Origin: Marsupella aquatica
Taxonomy: Eukaryota; Plantae; Marchantiophyta
Length of the DNA: 64,000 nt
Reading direction: 5' to 3'
Assembly: GCA_973895155.1 (NCBI GenBank)
Contig: OZ316892.1
Location: 24,003,971 to 24,067,970 of the forward strand
Shown: one piece after another, positions 12,901-25,703 of the stretch
Numbering within the stretch: position 1 is the stretch's first letter
Layout of the letters: every line of letters starts with the position of its first letter
Program-made: the position numbers and the translations under genes
Notes under the pieces: generated by a model
Databases searched by the model: none
Told to the model about the DNA's origin: nothing
Seen by the model: only the letters and a program-made list of their open reading frames with translations

Positions 12901-15289
12901 ACTTAGGGCCAGGGATGAAGCTATCTTATGACACTTGTTCTGCATACCTATTTATCATCCTTTTGCTGTTGCCACCCACTCTTGTGAGTTGTTGTTTGCC
13001 CCAGCTTGCTTGTGATTTTGCTATCTTGATGAGATCATATACAAACGGCTGGCTACCACAACATCAGCTAATGTATGCTTGTCATCTCCTACCTTCCATG
13101 GTGAGAGATCAGCACATAATCTTTGCAATGGAGTTAGTACCAGAAAAATCAAGCACTGTCCACCTCCCGCCACACCTAAGTATATAATTAAAATACCAAT
13201 CTAAATCCTGAGACTACCTATGCAATAGCATCTCTCACAACATCATGATGAACTACACCTGTCCAATGCAAACATCCAAGATATTAGACCCATGTGTCTC
13301 ATCCCAAGGCTTCCCACATGTGTCTATAAGGTAATCCTGGCATACAAAGATGTGCGGTTGTCAAAATCTCCTCTAAAGATCCTTAACTATCTTAAACTGC
13401 AGGTACCAATATATTAAAGTAGCTAAGGCTCAAGCTCCTATATTTAGAGCATCTGCTACAAATAATGAGCAAAAGGTATCAGCACCTATATTCATGAATC
13501 TAGACTAAGTACCCATAGACATCTGGGGCCCCCTCCAATGAAAAGTGATTGATTTTTAGGGGAGTCCACAACGACCTACTCTACCACCGTGACTAGGGCG
13601 AGGGAGCCTGGTATTTAAGTGTACATTGAGTGTGAAAAAAAACATAATTACACATATAAATAACCAAGACCATCAAGATACCTGAGTAGAATGCACCAAA
13701 CTAAGTTGCATGATGCATATTAATAAGGAATGCCAGATACCAATATATGGCAATAAATCCTAAACTAAGTTTACTATGGTAGGCTACCAGGCTCCTGAAG
13801 GGTAAAGTGAGTTGAGAACCAAAATCCAACTCCATGCCTCGCTCCATGCCTATTCAAATGCTTCCATAGGGGCAAAGCGAAAAGAGTATCAAGAGGGCTG
13901 TAGTTGGGACTACATTTGTTGGGGACGTTGGCAGTGACCCCTCTTTGGTGACAAGGGAGGGATATGCCAACCCAACCAGAGTCTGGCCATGTCTGGTAAG
14001 TGGGATCTTTCCTTAAGCTCTCCTTGGTCTTGTGAGGCAGCCAGCATGATTGAAAGGCTAGACTAGATGATGTTAGCACACATTAACATGATTGGGTCAC
14101 ATAGAGGTCTGCTGATGATGTTGTACAGGTGGGGTTGATATTTGGTGTGAAGATTTAATTAGTCTTGGGTCGCAAAGGTTATTGTTTGGTGGCCGCGCAC
14201 AGGGCTGCGCATTGTTGAGGGCCCCCAGGTCCGCTTTCCATCAAGTTCAGTCTGGCCCTTTGGCCTGTCCCTTGGTTTTGGTTTCTTAGTTTGTGTTTGC
14301 TGGTTTTGACTCAGGTCCTTTCTAAATGCATTTGGCACACTCACCTCTTAACAAACAAATAAAATTTATTGAGGTTGATCTTGACAAGGTTGAGATTCTG
14401 TTATTTATTTTGCAAACATTTGGTAATACATTCCATCTGTCAAGAACTGCCACCCTCCTGCAAGTGGGGGCAATCAAGGCTCCAACAGCCCAGCGCATAG
14501 GGGCTTGTCATTGGGGCAGAGGATAGTACTGTTCTCTTTGGTCCTCCCTTTCTGTATGTTTTTTTCATAAATTATATAAAAATGGAGTAATTTCCAATAC
14601 AAAATTAGTTCGAGGACCCCTTGGTTAATAACTAGGTTAGATGAAGTTTGATGTTAGTCAACATGTTGGAGTGCTAAGAATTTCATATTGGAATATGTTT
14701 GAGGACGAAGATGAGAGTCAGGACAAAAATAGTAGACTATTCGTGGTATTAGCACAAACATTCCCTTGGTAAATTACTATGTTCATACAACCCTTAATTA
14801 TGACATTCAACAGAGTCCATGCAATTTAGTGTTAAAGAAGCCAACGGGTTTCTTGGGTTCCCTTGGTATTCCTAGTAATTATGTTAAACTAAAGGTATCT
14901 TACATTCCCTTGGTATTCCTCTATCCATAGTAGCCTAAAAGTTTCTTACATTATCATAGAAGTTGAAGAGTTCATTCTTGCATGGTTATTTCAGATGTTT
15001 GCTGATCAAATAGATTTTTTTTTAATTACCAGAAAACACTGATATATCAATGAAAACCTATCCAAAGGTCATCTTTTACATGTGTTTATCCATTTCTTTG
15101 TATATTTGAAGTGTTATTTTCAGTTTTTCATTATTTTTACAGTTACAAGGGTAAATTATTTTTCTTTGTCTTGCCTCAAACACAAATAGTCATGTTTGGT
15201 TCTTCTTGCATAACTAATTATAATTGTTTTTGTTTGTGACCATTAGTGTTGATATGGTTGCACATGCTTCCAGGGATTTTGGAAGGAGA

Positions 15290-15729
15290 TGTAGAGGTTA
15301 ACTCAGTCTTGGGTTGAACTATGGTTAGGATGTTAACTCTAACCTTTGTAGAGGTTAACTCAGTCTTGGGTTGAACTATGGTTAGGATGTTAACTCTAAC
15401 CTTTGTAGAGGTTAACTCAGTCTTGGGTTGAACTATGGTTAGAATATTAACTAGGGTTAGAGTAAACCCTAGTTGAAGAGATTGATCCTTATCTCTTCAA
15501 CTTGTATGTGGTGTGAGAACACACACAAGAGAGTTCTCAAGAGAGAACACAGGGATATAGCAAGAGATGAGAGCTTGAAGAGATGAGAGCTATGGTGATG
15601 CTTGAGTACACACATAACCGCTAATAAAGCTTGGTCTTCTCGTGGACGTAGCCAACCTTGAGGCGAACCATGTAACTATTGAGCACGTGCATGTTTGGAG
15701 TGTTTTTCCTGATCTGATTTCTCCCCACA
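15290..15729 (+). repeat. 5' LTR (440 bp) with 3 copies of a 57-bp unit (last one partial)
   Basis: Starts TGTAGAGG and ends CCCCACA. Units start at 15290, 15347 and 15404. Confidence 0.95.
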
Positions 15730-15731
15730 AT

Positions 15732-15743
15732 TGGTATCAGAGC
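15732..15743 (+). other. Primer binding site complementary to the initiator tRNA-Met 3' end
   Basis: TGGTATCAGAGC, separated from the 5' LTR end by 2 nt. Confidence 0.92.
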
Positions 15744-16901
15744 TCAGATTTTTTCAGTCGATTAGGAACTCCATAGAACTTGCTTCAAGCAAAGCGAACA
15801 GCGGATGATTTCCTCTTCAAAGCGGAGCTATTGGAAGAAGATCGGACTCAATCTTCTCACAAATGTGGAGCACACAACCAGGGGCTCATTTCAGTGGAGC
15901 AATGAAGGCCTGAGGTCAAAAACGGAAACAATTGTAAGTGACAGTTTTCAATTTACGTTATCGGGCAAGAGATAAGGTCAATTTCTCAGATCAGTCTTTT
16001 TGATTGTTCTATCGGGACTTGAAACTGAGACACACTTGAGCGCCTCGTCTTTCTAGACGTGTCGATATCAACATCGCTGGATTTCGTCAAATGGTTGAGA
16101 AGTAATCTTAATTTTAATTCTCGTTTTTTTTAGCTCGAAATTTTGGCTATGGCGGATAACTTAATATCAGTCACTTTCAACGAATCGTTTCTCCCTCATT
16201 ACTCCACCGTTTTGCGAGTTCTTTATATCTATCTTGATGCCCTTGAAGTCTAGTTTCTGAATCTGAAATCAGAATTGGATTTCGTCAAAAACTGAGACGG
16301 GAATTCGAGTGAATCCGCCGAGGGGTACTTTCTGCCGCGAGTAGTCGCGACTTCCACGGACGCGCGAGGAGGTCGAAAACTTCGAGGAGGCCTTTTAGGG
16401 CTCGACAGGGCTCGGGCAGGGGGAAGTGCCCCCTGTGAATTTCCTCCACAGGGGCTGTACAAGGGCGGACGGAATTTCCCGAAAAGATTCTTTTTCCAGA
16501 GGCTTAAATTTTTACCGAAGGTCAAAGATTCCGAGCGGCAAACAAAATCGAATCAACTTCAACTTTTGGAGAGGTGTACTTGGGGAAGCTAGGCAAGCAC
16601 TGGTGTGCTCAATTTTGGAAACGCATACTAGTGGAGTCTTTGGCATAAAAGATTCCCTCGAGGGGTATTTATTTCATTTTTTACCCCCTCCGGTCAGAGT
16701 AAAAATTCTCGGCACTCGAGAGTCCGTTTCACAAACCGTTTTCAGCATTTGGAGCGTTACCTTGTGGGCTACACACAGGAGTGATCAGTTTCAAAATTCA
16801 CCAACTTTCATTTTTGGCCTTATTTTCACACCCCGCATCTGAGCATTTGACGTTTATTTCTTGTTGGAAGGCAACTCCACACTACATTTGGCATTCTAGC
16901 G

Positions 16902-19900
16902 ATGGCGACTACTAGGATTGGAGGTCAAAGGTTTGAGGTGGAAAAATTTGATGGTCGGATGGACTATACAATGTGGGAACGTAACGTGAGGGATGCACTT
17001 AGGGCGATGGGCCTAGGCAAGGTACTAAGATCTCAACCCAAGGAGATGGAAGATGATGATTGGCATGATCTTCAGGATCAAGCGGTAAGCATTGTTGGAA
17101 TGTACCTGAAAAACAATGTGAAGAAGCAGTTCGAGGAAAAATCAACACAAACGGTGACGGACTTGTTTCAAGCATTGTGCAACAAGTACTACAAGAAGGA
17201 GATGTCAAACCGAATGTATGCAAGCCTGAAGCTCATGCAATTCAAAATGGCTGATGGAGTCAAGATTCAAGATCATATCGATCAGTTCAATGATCTTGTG
17301 GTTGACCTAGAGAATTTGGGGGAGCATTTGAGCGAAGAAAAGAAAGCCTTACAACTCTTGAACTCAGTACCACCTTCGTACCAATCTTTGTATCGAGTTC
17401 TTCTATTCCGTGATAAGACAACTATATCCTACAATGATGTGGTGAGTGCCCTGTTGACCGATGACATGCAGTCTAAGTTGGTTTCTTCAGCTCATCCTAC
17501 CTCAACCTCATCATCAACAGCACTGTTGGTAGAAAGAGGCAAATCAAGGGAGCCATCTCATGAAAACAAAAGGTTTAACCCACTTCCCATGGAGCGAGGA
17601 AGGTTCCACGACCGATCTTTTGGTAGGAGAAGGTTTAGATCCAGATCTAGATCTCGATCCAAATCACCATCCAAGTCTACTCGTGAGATAAAGTGTTGGA
17701 AGTGTGATAAAGTGGGCCACATGAAGAAGGATTGTCGCGTCAAAGACACATTCAAGGAAGTTGCCGGTTCTTCAGCCCAAGTAGTTGTTCGAGAAGAGGA
17801 TAGTGAAGGATTTGCATTGTGTACCACTTCCCAAGTTGAGGATTGTCAATGGATTTTGGATTCTGTTTGCTCGTATCACATGTGTTATATGCGTGAATTT
17901 TTCTCATCCTACACTCCTATCAACGGATCTGTTTTGATGGGAAATAATCATTCTTGCAAAGTTTTAAGGATTGGATCCGTAAAGATTCAACTACCTGGTG
18001 GCAAGTACTGTACTCTATCAAATGTCAGACACATTCCAGAAATGTGTAAGAATTTGATTTCTCTTGGCTACTTGGATGCGAAGGGTTATCAATGGAGTGC
18101 AACTGATGGGGTGTTAACAGTCACGCATGGATCAACTGAAGTTCTTATTGGCAAGAGGAAAAAAAATATCTATGTCTTGGAAGGCACCACCCTTCCTGTC
18201 GAAGTCAATTTGGTCACATCTCAGGAGGAGAAAATCAATTTATGGCATGCTCGGCTTGGTCACATGAGTGAAAAAAGTTTGGAAATTTTACACAAGCGAC
18301 ATCTTCTACCAGGATTGCAAGCATGCAAGTTGAGTTTTTGTGATCATTGCATTGTCGGCAAGAAAACAAGAACTCCATTTCCGACTGCTATTCATCATTC
18401 TAAAGTTGTACTTGAGTATATTCATTCCGATGTGTGGGGTCCTGCTCCGGTTTCCTCACATTCAGGAAAACAATACTATGTATTGTTTATCGATGATTAC
18501 TCAAGGTTTGTTTGGATTTATTTCATTACCCATAAGTTTGAAGTGCTTTCCATCTTCAAACAATGGGTAGCTCAAGTTGAGACACAGTCTGCAAAGAATG
18601 TGAGATATCTACGATCAGATAATGGTGGTGAATACACCTCTGGCGAGTTCAACATGTATTGTGCAAATAAGGGAATTACTCACCATCTCACAACTGTGTA
18701 CACTCCTGAGCAAAATGGTGTTGCTGAGCAACTCAACCGCACATTGTTGGAGCGAGCAAGGAGCATGTTGAGCCACTCTAAATTGCCACAAATCTTTTAG
18801 GCGGAAGCTGTGAACATTGTTGCTTATCTAGTAAATCTCTCTCCTAGTCGAGCAATTACTTACAAAACCCCCTTTGAGTTATGGCACAATCGACCTGTTG
18901 ATTATTCAAAGCTTAGGGTTTTTGGTTGTGAAGCATATGCACATGTTCCTAGCAACAATAGGACTAAGCTAGATTCTAGAGCCCAGAAATGCATTTTTCT
19001 TGGTTATCAGCGTGAAGTTAAAGGTTATCGGTTGTGGGATCCAGTTGATTGCAAGTTACTTGTTAGTCGGGATGTATCCTTCAATGAAGAAAAATCATTG
19101 AAGGAGGGGGAGATAGATCAATTCCCTACTACTAACAAAGAGCAATCTCCTCCTCTAGAGGATTTAAGGGGAAAGGATGTGTCAGATGAAGAATATGTTG
19201 ACACCACTGTAAGGCAAAACACACTACAATCAGATCAGCCAGAGTCTTCAGTGCGAAGAGGAACTCGCAAACATCAAGCCCGAGAAAGGTATGGAACTTG
19301 GCTTCCTTCTGATCAAGTGGATTTGGATGAAGAATCTATTGATGCATTGGTGACAGAAGATGGAGATCCATCCTCATTTCGAGAGGTCCTAGCTTCTATG
19401 GAGAAGCAACAATGGCAGGCGGCGATGCGCATGGAAATGAAATCACTTCATGATAACAAGACTTGGGAACTCACAAGTCTACCTAGTGACAAGCAGGCTG
19501 TTGACAGCAAGTGGGTGTATAGAAAGAAAGATGGACCCACGGAGGATGCTGAGAAGATATTTAAGGCTCGGTTGGTAGCCAAGGTTTTACTCAACAGAAA
19601 GGTATAGACTACAATGAGGTTTTTTCACCCATAGCAAAGCATTCAACAATACGTTTGCTATGTGCTCTTGTAGTTTTATTTGATCTAGTTTTAGATCACA
19701 TGGATGTTATCACGGCATTCTTATATGGATCATTGGATGAGGTGATTTACATGAGGCAACCAGAGGGTTTTGTACAAAAGGGCAAGGAAAATTTGGTATG
19801 CAGATTGCTAAAATCCTTGTATGGATTAAAGCAGAGCCCAAGGCAGTGGAACAAGCGTTTTGATAAATTTTTGAAATCGCTTGGATTTGTGCGAAGCATG

Positions 19901-20935
19901 TACGATCCATGTGTTTACATCAGGCGTGTGAACAACACAGGTTTTAAGTTTGTCATCCTTGTACTTTATGTGGATGACATGCTCATTGCAACAAAGGATA
20001 GGGGCGAAGTTGATAAGCTTAAGGCCCAACTCAGTTTTGAGTTTAAGATGAAGGACTTGGGCACAGCCAAGAGGATCCTAGGCATGGAGATTGTCAGGGA
20101 TGTGAACAAAGCCAAACTTTGGTTGACGCAAAAAAGATATGCAGAGAAGGTGCTCTCAAAATTCAACATGGCAGATGCTAAGGCTGTGAGTGTTCCTTTG
20201 GCAAGGCATTTCAATATTTCTGCAGCATTTTGTCCATCGGATGCAACAGAAAAAAGTTTGATGTCCAAAGTTCCTTATGAAAGTGCTGTGAGCAGTTTAA
20301 TGTATCTCATGGTATGCACCCGACCAGACATAGCTTATGCCGTTAGCAAGGTAAGCAGATACATGGCAAATCCAGGAAAAATCCGTTGGGAAGCAGTGAA
20401 ATGGATTTTGCGCTACATCAGAGGTTCCACTAAGAAGGGTTTATTGTTTGATGCAAGTTCAAACAATATGAAAGTGCTTCAAGGTTATGTGGATGCAGAC
20501 TACGCAGGTGATCTGGATAAGAGGAGATCAACAACTGGATATGTATTTACACTTGCTGGTGGATGCATTAGTTGGAAGTCTACTCTCCAAAAGTGTGTTG
20601 CAAAGTCTACTATGGATGCCGAGTATGTAGCGGCAGCAGAAGCAGCATCAGAGACCATTTGGTTGAAAAAGCTTGTCAAAGAGATGGGCTTATCACAAGA
20701 TTCTGTGTATCTTCATTGTGACAGTCAAAGTGCAATTTACACTGCCAAGAATCAGGTGATGGATGGCAGGGTAAAGCACATTGATGTCCGCTATTATTTC
20801 ATCCGACAGGCATTATCGGATGATGAATTTGAGCTTGTCAAGATTGATGGAAAGCTTAATCCAGCGGATGCTTTTACCAAAGTATTAGACTCCAATAGTT
20901 TTTCAAGGCATTGTAATTATTTACAAATATTGTAA
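16902..20935 (+). pseudogene. Copia gag-pol polyprotein, disrupted
   Basis: Gag (VEKFDGRMDYTMWE), zinc knuckle CWKCDKVGHMKKDC, protease WILDSVCSYHM, LWHARLGH, integrase D-D-E (HSDVWG / RSDNGGE / NGVAE), RT LYVDDML, RNase H YVDADYAG. TGG>TAG stop at 18798-18800 (F*AEA) and a 1-nt deletion near 19583 (AKGFTQ). Confidence 0.93.
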
Positions 20936-21112
20936 ATAGAGTTAACCAAGAAAATGTCTCTATATGAGTACTCCATCCGATGGCTTATCGGCTACGGCTT
21001 AGTTCTAGTTAACCCTTGCATTAGGGGGAGGGCCTTTTGGCCTTACTGTCTTGAACTTCCCGCGGAGGAACTTGTAAGGAAAAGACAATATTATGAACCC
21101 TCCCAAGACGTG

Positions 21113-21127
21113 AGTCAAGGGGGAGTT
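21113..21127 (+). other. Polypurine tract
   Basis: AGTCAAGGGGGAGTT immediately before the TG of the 3' LTR. Confidence 0.85.
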
Positions 21128-21795
21128 TGTAGAGGTTAACTCAGTCTTGGGTTGAACTATGGTTAGGATGTTAACTCTAACCTTTGTAGAGGTTAACTCA
21201 GTCTTGGGTTGAACTATGGTTAGGATGTTAACTCTAACCTTTGTAGAGGTTAACTCAGTCTTGGGTTGAACTATGGTTAGGATGTTAACTCTAACCTTTG
21301 TAGAGGTTAACTCAGTCTTGGGTTGAACTATGGTTAGGATGTTAACTCTAACCTTTGTAGAGGTTAACTCAGTCTTGGGTTGAACTATGGTTAGGATGTT
21401 AACTCTAACCTTTGTAGAGGTTAACTCAGTCTTGGGTTGAACTATGGTTAGGATGTTAACTCTAACCTTTGTAGAGGTTAACTCAGTCTTGGGTTGAACT
21501 ATGGTTAGGATGTTAACTAGGGTTAGAGTAAACCCTAGTTGAAGAGATTGATCCTTATCTCTTCAACTTGTATGTGGTGTGAGAACACACACAAGAGAGT
21601 TCTCAAGAGAGAACACAGGGATATAGCAAGAGATGAGAGCTTGAAGAGATGAGAGCTATGGTGATGCTTGAGTACACACATAACCGCTAATAAAGCTTGG
21701 TCTTCTCGTGGACGTAGCCAACCTTGAGGCGAACCACGTAACTATTGAGCACGTGCATGTTTGGAGTGTTTTTCCTGATCTGATTTCTCCCCACA
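21128..21795 (+). repeat. 3' LTR (668 bp) with 7 copies of the 57-bp unit (last one partial)
   Basis: Units start at 21128, 21185, 21242, 21299, 21356, 21413 and 21470. The remainder is near-identical to the 5' LTR. Confidence 0.95.
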
Positions 21796-21978
21796 GGAGA
21801 TTCCCATGGGGTCCATAAAGAAGTGAGCTTGCTGTAAACTTGAACCCAAGCCAGGATGGACCACCAGGTTGGACATAGTCCTCCCGTGGACCACATTTTG
21901 CATTGATCACTACTCCATGGGAGTTTGGGGCCCATAATTTGATGATTATGAGTACTAAAATCATTTTTAGTTTTGTGC

Positions 21979-22055
21979 CTGCAAGGCAACTAGAGAAGGA
22001 GGAGACACTTAAGACACTGCAAGGCAACTAGAGAAGGAGGAGACACTTAAGACAC
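21979..22055. repeat. 38-bp exact tandem duplication
   Basis: ctgcaaggcaactagagaaggaggagacacttaagaca x2. Confidence 0.85.
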
Positions 22056-22999
22056 AGAAGCCCAAACATTAACACAATTAATGAAAATAATCTAATGAAA
22101 TTACCCCTTTGCATTTGATGATGAAAAACTCAACCAAATGGTATCTAGTTTACGTACTCTTCTAGCATATCCCCAACACTACAACTATTTGACCTTATGA
22201 AGCCTCTGGGAGCAGTGTTATGGCCTAAACCTCGGTGACACCCCAATATGTTTATCTGGAATAATTTAAAGGCACGTGTTTCGAATAGTATGTCTTTATT
22301 CTTTAATTGGTCCTTTTCCTGTATAGTCAAGTAAACTTCAAAGGCCAAAAATGGCTCTTGGATTTCCAGACATGAGAACTGCTCTATGTGTGCCTTTTGG
22401 GTCATTGACCAATCCCAGCAGGCCAGTTGAATAGACCTGAAGTTCACCAGACTCATTCAATATGGGAAAAAAATTAATGTTCCTACGTCTATCATTCTCA
22501 TTTATTAGAACCTTGGATAAACTGTGGCCACCTACCAAGTTATTACAATTATACTCAAATTTTGGGAAATGTGGGCCATGGGGTTTCAACAACCAACCTT
22601 GTGGTCCATGGGGGCTTCAAAAAAACTCAGACTTTAGAATCTTATCTTTACTAGTAAAGTAAAACTCAACCTTGAAGACACCTTAGTTGGCACTTGCTTT
22701 AATTAGTCTTGGCTTAAGATTCTTCTAAATCCACTCTTCAAAAGCGCAGCACTAGACAGAGACCAAACGTAAGATCAAAGTTTCTAAGGCCTCCGAGATT
22801 AGAGTTTAAGCTACAGAACTTACTGTAGCTGAAATTCATTGGTGGCAATGTACATAGCATACCAATTAAAGCATTATTAAAGCATTAATCACAAAAATGA
22901 AAGGATCAATACCTCTACAGTAGGATTGTAGGAATCAACCAATTGAAGGAAAATCCTACACGTTTAACTCGGGATCTGAGCCATCTCCAATTATGACCT

Positions 23000-25281
23000 C
23001 AATATTTGGACCCAGTCATGACTCGTTCATCCGGATCTTAATCACGCGCAACTCTTTCGAAGAATCCGTGTCAAAATGACCTTCCTCCCGTCCTTTAACT
23101 TACTGCCATCAGATCTTATTAGAAGCAATTCTTTGCTGACAGGAAGCATCCAGCCTCACCTGGCAAGCAAGTTTCGAAGGAGATGCCCACTAACAATTCA
23201 TGTTCTCCAGCTCCTTCTCCAGCTCCTTCTCCAGCTTCTTCACCAGCTCCTGAACAGCTTCATCGTCAACGTTTCAGAGCAGTAGCAATGCAGTATTCAT
23301 CGCTGTGGGTGCTGTGGTCGAAGCTTTACAATTTCTGTGTTGTGAACCACTTCTCGAAAAGACATAAGAAGAGTGTTACGAAGAAAATTCCTTCAAACAG
23401 GTCGGTGGTCCATAGCAGCGCTGGGGTCGACAGACAACCTTCCACGGGAGGGGATTCGGAGAGGCTTTGCTTTGTCGACGAGAGTCAGCAACAATTTGAT
23501 CTGGACGATTTGCTGCATGCATCTGCAGAGATCATGGGGAGAGGCAACTTGGGAACATCTTACAAAACTGTAATGGAAAGTAAAACGATGGTTTCCGTCA
23601 AAAGACTAAGAAATGCCAATGACATTAGCGGAGACGAGTTTTCTCAGCATATGGAATTTCTGGGCAAGCTGAAACACCCAAATATCGTTCCACTGAAGGC
23701 TTACTATTATGCAAGAGCGGAGAAGCTTCTCATCTACGACTTCATGCCCAATGGTAGCCTATTCTCGCTACTTCATGGTAAGCTTAGAGTTTCCACTTTC
23801 AGACTCTTGCGTGCAGAGGGAATTCATTTTGTAATCATAGTTTTGATGATCGAGATCCGTGCAATATTTTTTTTTTAATTAGAAAGCCTTGTGGAGCCAT
23901 GGGATGCGTACTTTTCATTCTCCGACCTACGAGGTTTTCATCTACAGCTCATTATATATGCGCATTTCATTCATCGAGAAAATTTCGTCATCTGTTAGTT
24001 CTCCATCTGTAAGCTAGGAGAACTTTATAATCTATGGGTTTAAGTCTATTAGTTCAACTTCTCCTTCTCTGAACCGAGTGACATACTTCTTCCTAAGAAC
24101 AAAAAACAGTAGCTAGTTGCTTTCTAATTAGATGGAGTGTTGATCACAAGTTTGTTTTTCCGATTGGGGAACAGGAACCCGAGGTCCAGGTCGCACTCCA
24201 TTGGAATGGCCTACACGCCTCAGCATTGCTCGTAGCGTCGCTAGAGGCCTCGCATATCTGCACCAAGAATGCGGCAAGAAAATCCCTCATGGAAACATTA
24301 AGTCCACCAACATCCTCATGGGAGAGAACTTCGAGGTCCGCGTATCAGACTTCGGTCTCGTGCTACTCATGCCATCACAGATTGCGGCACAGCGCATGGC
24401 CGGTTATAGAGCTCCAGAGCACAATCATGCCCAAGAGATCACATACAAGGCGGATGTGTATAGCTTCGGAATTCTTCTTTTGGAACTGCTAACAGGTGCG
24501 AGCTATTATACTGAGTGAATTAATAATTTGGTCCGTCTGCATCTGGAACCCCTAGGATTCCCAAGTCGATTGCGGGGTCGATTGATGATATACACTTGTA
24601 ATCACATTTATGGACCGCAACGTACACTGTCTGCATGCATTCATTGCTACTTAAAATGTGACTCAATGCTTTGCGGGATGCTTTGAACAACAGCAACTTC
24701 TAGTCATCCGTGATCGAGGTTTTTTTTCCACAACCGACGGAACTTACTGTTCATTAAACTGTTTTGACTACGAAATTCTGGGAAATTGACAACCTAGTTC
24801 AAGGATGTTCTAGTTAGGAGTAGATGAAGATGTTGTACTAGTTGGCTGAGCTCATTGAGAATAACTGACCACTGAGTCAATCAGCAGAGAAACCCAAATT
24901 TTAAACTAATGCACAGTTCATTTCATCAAAAGTACGTTTCGTGAATGATTCGATTTTTATTGTCACTTTCTGAACTAAAGACATAACTAAACTTGTGCGT
25001 TTCCTCTGCTGGATGACACAGGCCGGCAGCCGGCGCAGTCGATCCGTGACAATGGACTGGACCTCCCCAAATGGGTACACTCAGTGGTGAGTGCGGAATG
25101 GACGGGGGAGGTGTTCGATCTAGAACTGAAGTCGTATCTGCACGGGGAGGAAGAGATGGTGGCTCTGCTTCAGGTTGCTATGAGCTGTGTGGACCCCGAA
25201 CCTGAAGAACGCCCTGAAATGACTGAAGTTATGGGGCTGCTCGGAGGCATTCGAGGGGGGCGCTCTCGAGTTTACAGCTAA
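23000..25281 (+). pseudogene. Paralogue of the LRR-III RLK: decayed ectodomain and TM, intact kinase exons (open from 23183-23777, 24175-24495, 25022-25281)
   Basis: DNA similar to 7540-9850, including intron ends and the same intron positions. Kinase motifs FDLDDLLHASAE, HGNIKSTN, SDFG, GYRAPE. LRR remnants at 23000-23180 carry deletions. The TM-coding segment (AATGCAGTATTCATCGCTGTGGGTGCTGTGGTC) is out of frame. No signal peptide found. Confidence 0.8.
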
Positions 25282-25659
25282 GAGCTAGCTGTGGAGCCTA
25301 AATCTATTCTATACTTCTCAGTTCAATTTTAATGTTCATGATCTACTCCCTAGATTGAGACCATACTCATATGCAAAAACATTATTTGGTATGAAATGGA
25401 CGGGCATGGGAGTCTAGTACAGATAAGCCCATCCTTGTGCATAGGCACGGATACTCGGGCTAGTATGTATAAGAGAAATGGAGTGCATTGAGGCAGACCT
25501 TGCTGGAGGATCAAAAAGGTTCCGGTTATGTAAATAGAGGTGACACGGAAAAAATTAAACAAAAATTAATCACTATTTCCCATTCATTTTTGCCCCATCC
25601 ATGTTCTGTGTCTGTACTCTCACTTTCACTTATGCCCTTAGTTACAGCCAACTTGCATG

Positions 25660-25703
25660 TGGCAGCTCTTAAAATGGCAGCCCTCAAAATGGCGGCCCTC
25701 AGC
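25660..25703. repeat. 15-bp x3 tandem repeat
   Basis: (g/a)tggcagctcttaaa / atggcagccctcaaa / atggcggccctca. Confidence 0.6.

Larger units (their letters stand above)
15290..21795 (+). mobile_element. Full-length Ty1/copia LTR retrotransposon (Tnt1/Tork-like)
   Basis: TG...CA LTRs at 15290-15729 and 21128-21795; 5-bp TSD GGAGA at 15285-15289 and 21796-21800; PBS and PPT present; gag-PR-INT-RT-RH domain order. Confidence 0.97.

Noticed and set aside
16250-16842. ORFs in the ~1.15-kb copia 5' leader as an extra gene
   Set aside because: Non-ATG starts and no recognisable domain; treated as untranslated leader.
18798-18800. Programmed stop-codon readthrough in pol
   Set aside because: The TAG replaces the conserved Trp of integrase FWAEA, so it is a point mutation rather than a gag-pol junction.
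20954-21139. 61-aa ORF after pol as an env-like gene
   Set aside because: Too short, runs through the PPT into the LTR, and shows no convincing TM or coiled-coil architecture.
21128-21520. 57-bp array as a CRISPR-like locus
   Set aside because: The units are identical head-to-tail with no spacers, lie inside an LTR, and have no cas genes nearby in a eukaryotic context.
22145-22662. Possible DNA transposase remnant flanking the copia insertion
   Set aside because: No catalytic motif, matching TIR pair or TSD could be identified.
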